A stretch of DNA of 64,000 nt from Camelus dromedarius. Taxonomy: Eukaryota. The notes beneath the pieces were generated by a model, which had not been told where the DNA came from, did no database searches, and saw nothing but the letters and a program-made list of their open reading frames with translations. The position numbers and the translations under genes were made by a program. The stretch spans positions 99,450,001 through 99,514,000 of the forward strand of contig NC_087437.1 of the NCBI RefSeq assembly GCF_036321535.1. Direction: 5' to 3'. Below are positions 26,842-39,880 of the stretch, piece after piece. Position 1 is the stretch's first letter; each line of letters begins with the position of its first letter.

Positions 26842-29800
26842 CTGGTATTGAAACATAACATAACATAATGCAACTCTGAGTAAAACAATTCATGACTCCA
26901 AATATCCTCAGTTATAAAACCGTAATGTTGAACTTCACGATCATTCAGCCTCATTGCAGTTCTTTTATAATCATTTTAGAAAATGGTGATTTTGTTAAAA
27001 AAAAAAATCATTGGCATGTAAAACAAAGAATTTAGAATATCTTCCACAAAAGTTCTCAATTTAGCTCAAGGAGGGCATTGAATATACATGTAAAATATAA
27101 TTCAATATCTGTGTTAAATCTTGAGATTCAAATGTTGCATGTCCCAGAAGTATATGGACCTGTGACCTATGGATTATCAGATTTAGAACCAGAATAATAT
27201 TTTGGACCAACTGGTAGCTGCAGAAGCGTTTCCTGTGGTCTCTGGGTGGAAGAGGCAGTCAAACAGCTGGGTCTTAATTGTCTCCTAAGAGACAAGTCAA
27301 GAAGCCTCATCAGCAAGGCTGATGGTTACCCTTTACAATATCTTTGGAATAAACAAAACCCTTGGGCCTGATTGGCAGCTTCTTTTTTCCCTCCCTCCAC
27401 TTCAGGGCTTTCCATAATGCAATTCCCAAAAGCCCTGAATGTACTCCTCATGCAGAAAGATGGAAAAGCCTTTGCAAGCTTCATACAGAGAAAGACAAGG
27501 GTTGTAATGCCATTAACTGGTCATAACTAAAGTATGAGGATTATAGTGAAACTCTCCTTCACCAAACTGAAAAGCCATATGAAAAAATGTTATATACTTG
27601 TAGGTAATATCTTTTTTATTTATGACATATAAATTCAAGTCTTTCAAGGAGAAAACTCAGTCAAGTGAGATCCATTGGTAGTTTGAGTTCAAAGTCAGTG
27701 AGCAAATGGAAATCATTGCAGCATCTCTTTCATTTCCCTAGTGGACATTAGACCACTCAAAATGTGTCTCATAATTTACAGTCCCTTGATAGTAATTGAA
27801 TATACGCATGGAGAGGGCACTGGCAGAACACTTAAGGAAGATTGAGTGCAGGAGGACCTGCTTATGTTATTTTTGGCTCTACCCTGATTTTTGCTTTTAA
27901 TTTTTTTCTTGAGATTAATTTCAGTTTGGTTCTTCCATCCTATCCAAACAAAAGCCTTGGGAAAAGACATTAGCAGCACGATCAAAGACACTGTGATTTT
28001 TAGTTTTAGAGGCATTGTAATGTAATGACAGAAGAGAGCAAAATAAAACCTGCAATTTACTATAAATAATTTTTAAACTGCAAGAACAGTAGAATCAAGC
28101 AATCAATGAGAAAGATGACTTTTGAGCTGTTTCCTAAATGTAGAGTGGGATTTTCTGAATTTTATTATTTCTATTTTTTTGTTTTTTTTCTCCTTTATCA
28201 GTCTTATTAGGTAGAATTATTACAGTTCAACTGAACATACACATTATATTGCTTGTAAATGCATACTATTTCTATTTTAATATTTAATATATCTGTTAGT
28301 ATTTAGGGATATGAGATTATTTTGTCATTAAAAGTGTGAAGCATAAAAATTATTTTAACAGTAATAATCCTAAATCCCTGTAGTTTTAATGTGTGTTCTA
28401 ATTAATTTTTAATTTTAGGCATATTTTATCAAAAATAATTCTTTAAATGGTTTGCTTGCCATGTAACGTGGAATCTCCCTCAGTAGTAACCTTTAATGTT
28501 TAAGAGGCTACAGATCAAAGTAGTAAGAATCTCAACTTGACTTTAGAAAAACATCCAAGTATTCCAAACATGTAATGGGGAAACGGGATCTGACAAAAAT
28601 GGCTATTTGAGAAACAGTTTTGTTTTTCTCTTTTTCTCTCAGTTTCTTCTCCTCCCTTCTCCATAACCTCTCTGTCATCTTTTCCCTTGAAATGTGTTTG
28701 TGATATCCACCAAAGATTGTCCAACAGACCTCTGTTTTTTCACCCATGTAACCAAATTAACTTTTTTCTGACCACTAAGATTTACTTTAATAAAATGCAT
28801 TGTTTTGTTTTATTGTGACAAGACAGTGGAAAAACTAATAGTTACCAAGAAGTATTCACCAGGGAATATTTTCCCATTGCTGAAGGTAAATGAGAATATA
28901 TGCAAATAATTTAATTAATTACTAGTCAAATTTAATTGAAGATTTGCAAGGGAAAACCCTCTATGCTAAGATATTTATAGGCCTTTCAGTCTCAAGAATA
29001 CTATATACATAGCTTTTTTAAAGAAACAGTATTATTCCTTTTTCTCTTTGTGCTACTTAATAGGTTGATAATCCGATATTCAAAGGTAATTTTTCGCCAA
29101 CCTTTTTTTTTAACAAAACCAAATCCTCTTTTTTAATCATCTTTGTATTGCCTCAGTGGGATGTGACCTCACGCATTAGCATCTTTCATAAAATATTAAT
29201 GTATAAAGCACACTGTAAATTTGAAAAGTAGTCACATCCTCCGTCTCTTCTATCTTTGGAAAAACTGTGCTGCCTTATTTGTAGAGATTTGCAGTAAAAA
29301 TCAGAGATGACATAGATTTTAAATTAAGTCAGTGTTTCCATTTCTATTTCCTATTACTTACACAAACAGGTTGGCTCTTGAAGCTATGACAAAGGGAAAG
29401 ACTGCATGAATGGGTAATACAAATCCTAAATATAAAACACCCATACAAGAAGAAAGTGTTGTTCAGATAAAACAAAAATAAACTAATAAAATTTTTATTT
29501 TATATTTTACATTTATATAAAAAAGAAAAAAAGAAAAACGAGAAAAAAGTTACATTTTAGCACAACGATATGTTGCCAAAAAGTTTTTGCTAGTGATGGC
29601 AATTTTATTGAATGGAAAACACTGAACTGATGAGTGATTCTGTTTCTGTCAAATCCTACCTTCTACCAAGATGTTATGTTGCTCTTGGATTACTCAGACC
29701 CTCTTCTCTAATCTACTATGAAATACGGAGACTCTCAGGAAGGAGCTGGGAGAGAAGTAATAATAAGCACATTAGATGAAGGGCACGGGCAGGCTTCCAA

Positions 29801-31070
29801 ACATTTTACAGAGTAAACTGTCAGTTAACTCAGATTGAATCAGCACACAAATCTCAAATGTACAAATGAACATTTTTATATTAGATTTCTCCTAATAAGC
29901 TAAACCTGTGCCTCATATATACATGCTTTGTGAATAATAGAGTAATGTAAAAATATGAAGCAGGGTTCATGAAGAACCTAAATGCAACAAGAAAAGCAAA
30001 TACAAAAATAAAATATGGAGCACAATAGTAGACATTACTATAGCAACACTTGGTTTTTAGTAAGAAGTTAGTGACCGCTGAGGTTTCTCTGAGGACTCTC
30101 ATGCTTTTGTTCTCTTATTCACCCAATCGGTAAATACTTTCTGAATATGTATCACTCTGGATTGTGGGGACTAAGTGGTCATGGTTCCATACTCTAGTCT
30201 TGGGATGGTAAATGTATTTGCAAAATTACAGAAGAAAATCACATGAGGGCTAAAATTATTTTTCAGTTATGAATTTTTTTGAAGTACATGGGAAGTGAAG
30301 GGGCCAATGTTATTGTCATATAATGTGATTTACATTAGATTCCTAAAGGCAAGGAGTTTAATTAAATTCAAAGATCTGTGGGAGAGAATGCCTCACTTTC
30401 AACTTAGTGACATAACTTATTTTTTTTCACTTTGTCTAAATGTAACTTTTTTCCTGTAGTGGTAATCAGAAGCAGTATGAAGCCCAGACAGTGCTTTGTC
30501 TGGTTTAATTTGGGCATGGTCATACTGCAGGGAATTATGTGGCTATAAATTATAGCAGTATTTTTAACATTTGTGTAAAGAATTATGATGTGTGTCTATA
30601 TGTTCTAAGATTTAAAATTTCAGAGAAAAAGAAAAAATTGAATAAGAGTTACATACAGCCCAACGAGCCTGAATCATTGGTGTTTGAATGTGTGGAAGGG
30701 AGAGTGAACGTGTGCTAATCGGTATGTCATCATTCACCTCTTCCCATCCGTTGTGCTACTGATTGGCAATTTTCTCTTCTGGACACTGGAAATCACTTAC
30801 TGAGTCCTATCTTTTAGGGGGCCATAGATATGATGTATTGGGTCTACTACCCACTATTTCATGCTTTTTATTCCTATTAGCATAAGTGATCTTTCCAGAG
30901 AGCACTGAGGCTCATTAAGCAAAATTCAACTCTCTGAAACTGCAAGCAAAGAACATACAGGCATAACTGAGGTGATGTATTGATTACAGAGAGAGACCCC
31001 ACCTGGAACTTAAGAAAGCATTTTGGATTCCTAAGTGCTAACCCTTCAAGACACTGAGTAGCATATGCCA

Positions 31071-31073
<3 letters not shown>

Positions 31074-31119
<46 letters not shown>
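31074..31119. repeat. (AC)23 microsatellite
   Basis: Uninterrupted AC run read directly. Confidence 0.97.
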
Positions 31120-31122
<3 letters not shown>

Positions 31123-31224
31123 ACATAAAGATAAGTGTTTCATCCTACAAATAAAAATAAAAAGAATAATACTGAAATAATAGTAATAAGTCAGAAAATG
31201 TGAAGCTAAGTAAATACTTTGAAT

Positions 31225-31808
31225 AATAAGCTTCCAATATTTCAAGTACTGTTTTCAGTGCTGTACATCTTTCAACCAACTTTATCTTCACAACAATCTG
31301 TATTAGGTAATAGCATCACCTTTATCTTCAGATGAGGAAACTAAGAAATGGCAAGATTAAGTAACATGGCTAAGGATACATGGCTAGTGTTATATTAATT
31401 AAATGAGAAGACCGTTAGACTAAGGTGGCTTTAAGCCTAGGTAAGCAAACAAAACCTAAGCCTGAAATGCCACAAGGTTAAGAAGTTCAAACCCAAGGAC
31501 AACCAATCACAAACAGCCACCTAAGCTTTCTCAAATAAAGCAACCTGCTTCCGTCATAGCCAATCAAATAATCTCCTTTCTTTGCGTCTGTACCTTCTCT
31601 AAAAAAGTCTTTCCCTAGCTCATGTCCATGGAATGCTCCTAACAACTTTCTGTTCGGAGCTCCCTGATTCAGTCAAATCTATTTTTATTCAAGTAAAGTC
31701 TTAAAATTTTTAAAATGCCTCAGTTTATCTTTTAGCACTAGTAATGGAAGAGCCAGTATTTGAGCCTGAATAATCTGATTCCAAAATCTGTGTGCTTAAT
31801 CACCACTG
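31225..31808 (-). mobile_element. MIR (antisense) split by a solo LTR
   Basis: 'cagatgaggaaactaag...ttaagtaacatggctaaggatacatggctag' continues after the LTR as 'ctagtaatggaagagccagtatttgagcc...tgattccaaaatctgtgtgcttaatcac'. Confidence 0.8.
31388..31737 (+). mobile_element. Solo ERV1-class LTR (MER93-like)
   Basis: TG...CA termini (tgttatatt...ttttagca), 4-bp TSD ctag at 31384-31387 and 31738-31741, two CCAAT boxes, TATA-like 'tctaaaaa', polyA-like agtaaa; 5' end resembles recalled MER93. Confidence 0.75.
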
Positions 31809-34554
31809 CCTGACAGTTAACCGATAGTAAAATTTGTATCTTTATAATAAGTGGCTGAATGACCTAAGACAAATACTCTGCTGAAAGAATTTACATGCTA
31901 CTTCGGTGAAAATGAAAAATAATTTGACTATCCATAAAATCTTGCAGATATAACTGTAAGTTTTAAGATCTTGATTAAAGTAAGTAAAATTAATAAATAC
32001 TGAGTTTAAGAAAGAAGACCTTTATAAAATTAGACTATAAAAGAAGGAATTGATTGGGAAAAAATGTAACAGAAAAGAGAAAGTTCATACTAGAAGTTCA
32101 TCAAATAAACAATTATCTATCTCAAGAACAAATTATACCAGCACACAGAAAAGACAAAAAAAGCAACAAGATACTAAATTGGCTACAATCAGAGACCTGA
32201 AAGTCAAGTGGAAAAGCCACAAAGAGTGGAATCTAAGCCAGAACCGGAATGAAAAAATAGCACAATGAGAAAGATTTGGCACAAAGCTAAATAAGAAAGG
32301 TGATGCAATCGTAACTAAGGCCTAGTCATAGCACACACATCCACACCAAAAACAAAGAAGCCTTAACAACAGTGACAAATTACCTAGCTACTAAAATTAC
32401 TTGGTGTACACCCTCAATTATTTACACCCCAATTTAGAAATGATCATATTTGCAATGAGCTTGCATTGAAATCTACCTTGACTTAGCAAAATTTAGTTGA
32501 TGTTAGAAAAAAAAAGAAGAGAAACACTTAAGAAGAAACTTTTTCTAAACATTCTAGGAAATCTGTTTAAGAATTAAGTTGGTATGCAAATTGCAAATTA
32601 GAGATCCTGAATGAACAACTTAATTAACAGTTTCTCATTTGTTAAGCTGAAGTCAAGTGATAAGTTTAATGAAAAGCACAGCTATACTGGAGGGAGGAAA
32701 CTGCCTTTGAGTCTTTTCATTAAATCAGACAGAACCTAATCAATGAATATGTATGACACATTGCTGTATAGATTTGATTATATGCTTCCTGGTTTTGCTA
32801 ATATGCTAAAAATTTTATTCTGATCATATACTCTAAAAATTGAATAGCAAGACTGGCTGTCCATAATTCAAATTCAGTTGTCTTTAAATCCTAACCTCTA
32901 AATAGTCTCTGTTAAATAGAATGCCATTGATTCAGTGATCTATAGTTAAATCAGTGACATTCAGTCAATATTAAAATTTAAGGGTTCAACCAGGAGTTCT
33001 CCAATAAGTTCATGTCAAGTATGGATCTTAAAAAAAAAATTCTCTCTGTACTTTTAAATTATCTCTAAGTCTTGAATTTGAAATCATTGAGATTCTACAG
33101 GTCTCAGGCATGAGAATTTGCCTGGGGGAATCGGAGATGGAGAGCATGAATCTGGGTAACTAAATAAACATGATGCTCCAGGTTTGTTTTTCCTCAGCTA
33201 ACATTTATCTCTTTGGCATGATGAAGGGCAGATCAACGTTGATTGTAAAAACAAACACAATTAGCACTAAAGCAGCATATGTTAACGCTGCTGCAGCCTG
33301 ATGATGAATGAGCTGTAAGTGGTGCCAACACCTGTTCTTGACGATGATGCGTGATACCCAACTCCAGGGGAGTGATGAGTGTGCAGACACATTGGTGCAC
33401 ATCTCACCGATTACAGTGCTTTGTGGAAGAGTTCTGGTAGCATTTTCACTCTCTCAGTCTCTTCTGATTACTTCTTCATTCATTCATAAATTCACAGTTC
33501 ATGTTGAGCTGTGTATATTCAGATGAAAGTGATACGAGCCACATGGGATAATATTAGGCTTCCCCAAGGCCTGGGTGACTAAAAGTGTGCTTCTATACAA
33601 GAATAATCCTTTCTAAATCACCATTGTTAAGTTATCTGGTTTGGGTCTGATGTTGATTGAAATTATCAGGCATTGCAGCTAGACTGAGAATGGCTGAAGA
33701 GGTTATTAAGTTGCAATGTGTTTTATTAAGAGAATCTTAAATCAAAACAAGGGTAGCTGAACACATGTGATGGTGTGTTCTATAATTAATGTAAAAAATA
33801 CTTAAGTATGAATATTTTGATGTAACATGATAAATTATAAACTATATAGTTTTGATATTTTCCAGGATTGTTCAGCAGGTATGAATAAGGGACGATGTAA
33901 CTATATGGCGCTTCAGTATCATTTAATGATCTTTGTTGTGTTGTATACGGTTCCACGTCCTATAAGATGTTTCTATTCATAGGGCCAAGTAATGTGAATT
34001 ACTTATTCGGTCCTTAATTTTTACTCTGTTTTATTTCTGGTCACCCCACTTCTTTGCTTCAAAACTTACACAAAATTTTCTCCCCTGTTCTAAGTATAAT
34101 TCCTTTTCCTGAAGTTAGATCATCCCTACTTGGAGAGACGTTCATATACATTATTTCTTCCTATTTTTTAAACTCTATTTTTACTTTCCAACTGACACTT
34201 TTGCTCTATCTCCAAATTATTCAGAACCTTCCAGTCTTAAAAGAAAACTTTGTTTCCAATTCTCACTCCTATTTTATGAGATCCTTTTAATTGGCCGATT
34301 TCTCAAAAAAAAAAAAAAAAGGCCAAATTCATTGGTCTTATGTCCTCATATAAATATTTTTTTTCTTTCTTAACTCACTGAAATTATTATGGAATTTCAA
34401 TATGTCAAGTTATCAAAAATTCTTCTCTTGCAAACCCCATGACCATGTTTATTTATAATCTTGCTTAGTAATTGTCTTAATGACCAGATGATAGATTCTA
34501 TGAAAATAAGGCCTATACCTGTTATATTTTCCAAATAATGATCTTTATAAAATA

Positions 34555-34800
34555 GATGATAACAGAGTCTAGTCTCTGGAGCTAGACTCCCTAGATTCAA
34601 AACCCTATATTTCTGTGTACTAGCCAAATGGCCATGGGACAGTGTCTAACCTCTCTGTTCTGTCGTTTCATTTATAAAATGGCAAAAAGTAATACAGAGT
34701 TCATAGAGCTATGATGAGGAAAAGTGAGTTTATATATGTAAAGGGTGTGTGAAGAGCTTAACACATAGTGAATGTCCTACATATTTTAGCTTCTGTTAGC
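34555..34800 (+). mobile_element. MIR SINE
   Basis: 'tctggagctagactccctagattcaaaaccc...taacctctctg...tataaaatgg...tatgtaaagg...acatagtgaatg'. Confidence 0.75.
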
Positions 34801-34839
34801 ATTATTTAGCTATTACTTTTGCCACCTCACTAATCCCAG

Positions 34840-35640
34840 AAATTAGCACTGTGTCATGGTGTCTGATACATACTAACTTTCAACCGATATTTTGTGGATG
34901 AATGAATGAAATGAATTAATGAATGCTACCTTTAATGCAACTGAAGTTGCTACGTTTTGAAAACATTTATTTCCTTTGACTTCCACATTGCTAGAACATC
35001 ACTGCTCAAAATACCCTCTTTACCCGTGAAACAGAATTCCATTTCCAACTCCTCTGTTAGTCAGTGGAAAAACCATTCTGCAAGTTAGATCCAGGGAAAA
35101 GAGAAGATATGTAGGAGTGGCTGGAGATGAATTTACTACTGCAGTGGCTTACTCTCACAACTTCAATTTTTGTAACATTAAAATCCATTCTACTCACAGC
35201 AGCCAAAATAATCATTTAAAAATATGTCAGAGCATGATTTCCTCTCTTAAAACCATTCTGTAGCTTCCTAAAACACTGAGAAGAAAATCCAAATTCCACA
35301 TAGCCTGGCCAATAAGACCCTGCTTGACCTGGCCCTGCCGATTTCTCTGAGCTCATCAGCAACTGTAGGCCTCATCTGGCTCATTCTTATCATTCAGGCT
35401 CTGTTGAAACATCCTTATCTCAAAGACATCTTCCTTGATCCATCTCATCTTCTCAACTTTATCATATATTCCTGCTTTATTTTCCTCATATCACTATCTG
35501 AAATTATATCTGTTTACTTGCTTATTATCATCTATCTTTTCCACTAGACCCAAGTTCTACAATGACAGAGACCTTGCCTGTCTGATTCATCATTTTGGCC
35601 CAGACTGAGCCCATCAATTGCTCAGTCTATTATAAATTAT
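34840..35640 (+). mobile_element. L2 fragments (including 3' ends)
   Basis: L2 tail 'tgtctgatacata...gatgaatgaatgaa' at ~34860-34925; 'cacagcagccaaaataatcatttaaaa', 'ccactagacccaagttctacaatgacagagaccttgcctgtctgattca'. Confidence 0.7.
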
Positions 35641-36646
35641 TATTAATTATCTGTTAAAATGCATTCATAAAGGAGGCTAGGGGCAGGAGCCATATCACAA
35701 AGAGGTTTGTGTGTCATGTTGTAGAAACAAAATGATATCCTAAAGGCAACAGAAACTATCAAGAGATGGTTAAGTACAAGATTGAGATATGCATTTTGAA
35801 AAAAAACTTTGCAGAGGAAGAAGGCCAGAGTCAGCACTTGGACAGCAGGTGAAATTTGAAAGAAGAGAGAGGTACATACCAATGAGAGGTCCCAGAGTGA
35901 GAGGATGGCCAGTGGTACCTTAGGGATGAGGTGTGTTCAGGGTATAGTGAGCGAATAGATGAGTTTACCTCTTGCAGACATTTCCACTAAGGTAGTAGTG
36001 GTAGAATCATTGAAATGCTGGTGATGAATCAGTGTGCTATTTTGCTTGGAAAAGTTATTTGGAATTGTACTCTAACAAGTAGTGTTCTTAAAACGTGGAG
36101 ATCAACTGGAAATCAGTATGATGGAAAGCATAAGAAAAATCATCCCTGACAAGTCAAAATTCCTCTGGTTCTTTAGAGCCCAGCTTAAGGACCACATCCT
36201 TCATGTGGCCCTCTCTTGTGAGAGTAATAGAAGGATATTCCTAGATACAATCTGGTCCAATCATTTCATTTTACAAGAAATCAGACCCAGGGAGATAGTG
36301 GCATCCCTAAGATCACAGATAATTAATTCAGAATTAATACCTACATATATTCAGAGGATAACGTTCTTAAAATGAACTCTCAAATTTAAGCCAGCATTCA
36401 AATAATTTTTTTTAAACAGTCTCATTTCCCATCTAAAATGTCTCAATAAAAGTTATAGAAACGATTTCAAAACAGCTTTACTGGGTGACTTTGAATTTTA
36501 TTATATACTAGGCATTCTTTCTGTGATAAACCTAATAAATATCTTATTCGTAGAGGAGATACGGGGATCTTAACACTGATTTAGGCATATCTGTCAAACT
36601 AAAATATCTTTGCCTTTTAAAAATCTTTGTGGGAGATAATAAATAG

Positions 36647-36805
36647 TTCTTCTGATAACAAATATTGGCTATGGAAAGTTATTAGGGACCACCCACACTA
36701 TGTAAACAAATATTACAAAACCAGCATCAATGTTAATATTTGCAATTTTAAAAATTTTATTGGAACACTTGTGAAATATAAAATGAGAAAAGGCTCAAAA
36801 TGGAA
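36647..36805 (+). repeat. Copy 1 of a ~155-bp diverged local duplication
   Basis: Aligns co-linearly by eye with 39690-39839 ('ttcttc.gataacaaata.t.gctatggaaagtta.taggg.ccac..acacta ... ttttattgg.aca ... aaa.g.ctcaaaat.gaa'). Confidence 0.85.
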
Positions 36806-37464
36806 CGTTCTTCCTTTCATTTAAGGGACAGATAAAGGACACATAAAAAGCACTATTAGAAGAACAAAGGCTTTTGGATATATTTATTATGTGTAAAGGA
36901 ATTTCTTGACAATAAGTATCTGCAAGTTCTCTAACAAGCAGCATCCAGTATAAATTTATACAATCTACAATTTATTCTAATGCTCAGTTTAAACTCTCAC
37001 ACGGAATAGTTAAATGGATGAATTAGAAACATCAACAAGTCTCTTAAGTCGAAAGCAAATGAAGACTACAGATTATTTGAAATCTTACTTTTTGACTATC
37101 ATGTTAACTAAAGATTTATAAAAACAACTTTTTCCCCTGATTTGCTCTATTGCATCAGTTTGTTATTTGGTCCTTCATTTTTGTTTTTGTTTTTTTTTCT
37201 CAAGGGTATATAGTCATTTCAAAGTTAATCTGGGGCTTCTGAGTTCCTTTGCTACATTAACACAGTAGTTGTAGACATGTAATGATCAGGATACAAAGGT
37301 TGGAACTCATAAAGACTTAAAATTCCTTTACAAAAATTTACTTTGGAGAAAAAATTTATTATCATGTTTTTATAGCATGAAGGGAATGTCTCTTCATTTT
37401 TCTGTTTAGTGTGATCCTCCATTTCTTCAGTCCTATATGTAGCTAAGTGCAAAAACAATGTAAC

Positions 37465-37848
37465 TGCCTTAGTCAGTTCTGGCTGCTATAACAAGATACC
37501 AAGGACTGGGTGGCTAAAACAACAGGAATTTATTTCTCACAGGTCAGGAGGCTGGGAAGTCCAAGGTCATGGTGCTGGCAGACTTTGTGTCCAGTGAGGC
37601 CTTCTTGCTGGCTGGCAGATAGGTGCCTCCCTACTGTATCCTCACAAGGTGGAGAGAGAGAGCGCTCTGGTCTCTTTCTCTTCTTATGAAGACACTAATC
37701 ACATCCTCAAGGGCTCCTCCCTCAAGACCTCATTTAAACCTAATTATCCCACAAAGGCCCCACCTCCAAATGCCATCATATGGAGATTAGGACTTCAGCA
37801 TAGGAATGAGAGAGGGGTTGAGGGGAGGCAAATATTCAGCCCATAGCA
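37465..37848 (-). mobile_element. MLT1A/MLT1A0-like MaLR solo LTR
   Basis: 'tgccttagtcagttctggctgctataacaagatacc...ggaggctgggaagtccaagg...ccccacctccaaatgccatca...attcagcccatagca'; ~385 bp with TG...CA ends. Confidence 0.9.
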
Positions 37849-38139
37849 AGAACCAAGCACATTAAGTCTTCTAAGAGTTTTAGCTCTTCCATCCAGTTTG
37901 AACATTTTATGGTAAGTAGTACAGAAATTTGTAGCCAAAGAGCCTGAGGGCTTTGCTACTAAGTGACATGGTGACCACTGAAGGGATAAGCTCAGGCACA
38001 TCTGGCGAATCTGGATCTGATTCTAATGAGAACTTTTGATTTTATTCATTTTTATATTGGGATTTCTAGTAATGCGTAATTAAAGCAAAGAGTTCTCCTT
38101 TTCAAGTCAAGTGAAATAAACATTTGAAAACTACTGGTG

Positions 38140-38260
38140 TAGCAGGAAAAGAGCTAAGTAGTAGTGCCTCATCCAGGCTCTGGTCTGGCCAGCCTTTCCA
38201 TCCAAGGCTGTGTGATTTGGGGCACATCTCAGAGCCCCTGGTAGCCAATGTCCTTCCCTT
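38140..38260 (+). mobile_element. MIR fragment
   Basis: 'ggtgtagcaggaaaagagc...gctgtgtgatttggggcacatctcagagcc'. Confidence 0.5.
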
Positions 38261-39599
38261 TGATCAGGCTCCCTCAGAGAGCTGCTACAGGTATAAATGT
38301 TTATGCACTTCACATTGAGCTAAAGGAGTCGACAAGGTGGGTATTTGTAAATCCCGGCATTTGAACCATTTCGTCGGTCTTTTTGTAAGCCAGATGACTG
38401 TAATGAGAATGCAGATGCGGACTGAATTCATTATTGCTTACTGTATGTGCTGACATAGAATAGATACTCAATAAACATTTTGCAGATGAATTTAAAAAAT
38501 GAACAAATGCAACAGCAGTAGAAATAGAAAGTGGGGAATAGATACAGACTTCTGGACTTAAAATGCCACTGATAGCTGATTTCCCAAAATGGCTAGAGGA
38601 CCCTTTCCTGCTGTCTCACAGGCTCCTATTCCAGTGATACCACAGCAGCCAAGAGGTTAACAGGCCTGTGGGCCTTTGGGATTTGGCAGCAGAGAGAAGA
38701 ACGTGTTGCAGGAAATGGCCCCTGAACAGAGCCCTTCCCGAGCTGTTGTAAGGGGCTGGTCATCCACCGATTAAATGTGAGTAGGGAGAGAGCAGCCTTG
38801 ACAAGGCAGGACAATGGTGTGAAGTTTGGATATATCTGAAAAATGTCTTTGATTATTCAGTGTGCATCAAGGGTGTTTTCCATCTAGCTGACAGTTTTTA
38901 CTGCCAGTAGAGTGAAAGGCATATCCACTCTCAAAGGAGACTTACCCATCTTTTGTGGGCCAGGTGAGAGTGTGTCATGACCCTGGGAGTACTCAGAGCT
39001 GCTTCTTGTGATGGCACTTGTCTTTCTGGCCCTTCCCCGGGAGTAGAATCTCCTTCAGATTCTGGCCTTTGCTCTTCTGCTCTCTGTTCAGTGTTCTGCC
39101 TCACTTGTGAGCATCTTCCTTACGTCCCACCTCTGATTTCTACGTGTCCTAACTATTTCTCCCACTTCTTTGTTGGTTGTGTTGACTCTATAGTAGAGGC
39201 AAACAAACCAGTCATATTTTAAACCATGACAACATCACATCAGATAAAACTGAGGTCTGAGAACTTGTGTTTTTTAATCTCTACAATAGACGTGAGGCTT
39301 AAACCTCATATTGTACAGAAGATGTTGTGTTCACCTTTTTGAGAGTTTTTATCAGTGAAAGTAGGCACTCTATTGGACACTTCTAAATCATACCTATCTT
39401 GGGTTGTGTGTTACCTCTGCTTAATGCTACAGATCTAAATTATCTTTCATTTTTCTCCTTTTCCAGGTACACATAACTGTTTTGGAGTTAAACTCATTAT
39501 TCACTAGGCATTCCAAATAAAATTCTCCCCCAAAATAACAGCATATATCCACTGTATCCCATTTTATCTTTACCTTTTTAAGTTCTCATTAAAGTTCTT

Positions 39600-39880
39600 C
39601 TAACAGCTGTTAGCTGCTGGCATCGTCACCACCCACATATTACAGATGAGGCAGGGGAGACCTAGGTAGTTTGGATGGCTTATCCCATATTCTTCCGATA
39701 ACAAATACTAGCTATGGAAAGTTACTAGGGGCCACTTACACTAGATAAAACCAGTGTCAGGGTTTATATTCACCCTTTTTAACCATGATTTTATTGGGAC
39801 ATCTATGGATATAAAGTAACAAAAGACTCAAAATAGAAATTATCAGAGTGAAGACTAGACTGTTCTTGGGCTCTGAAGAG
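39600..39880 (-). mobile_element. MIR (antisense) interrupted by the duplicated segment
   Basis: 'cccacatattacagatgagg...ggcttatccca' then, after the insert, 'cagagtgaagactagac'. Confidence 0.55.
39690..39839 (+). repeat. Copy 2 of the ~155-bp diverged local duplication
   Basis: Homologous to 36647-36805, same orientation. Confidence 0.85.

Noticed and set aside
30877..31245. 122-aa ORF with a VC repeat
   Set aside because: Translation of the (AC)n microsatellite.
33866..33878. 13-nt AG...GT unit (tccag|GATTGTTCAGCAG|gtatga)
   Set aside because: Too short with only moderate splice signals; expected by chance in 64 kb.
39445..39470. Strong splice acceptor-like 'ttttctccttttccag'
   Set aside because: No good donor downstream at exon-like distance.
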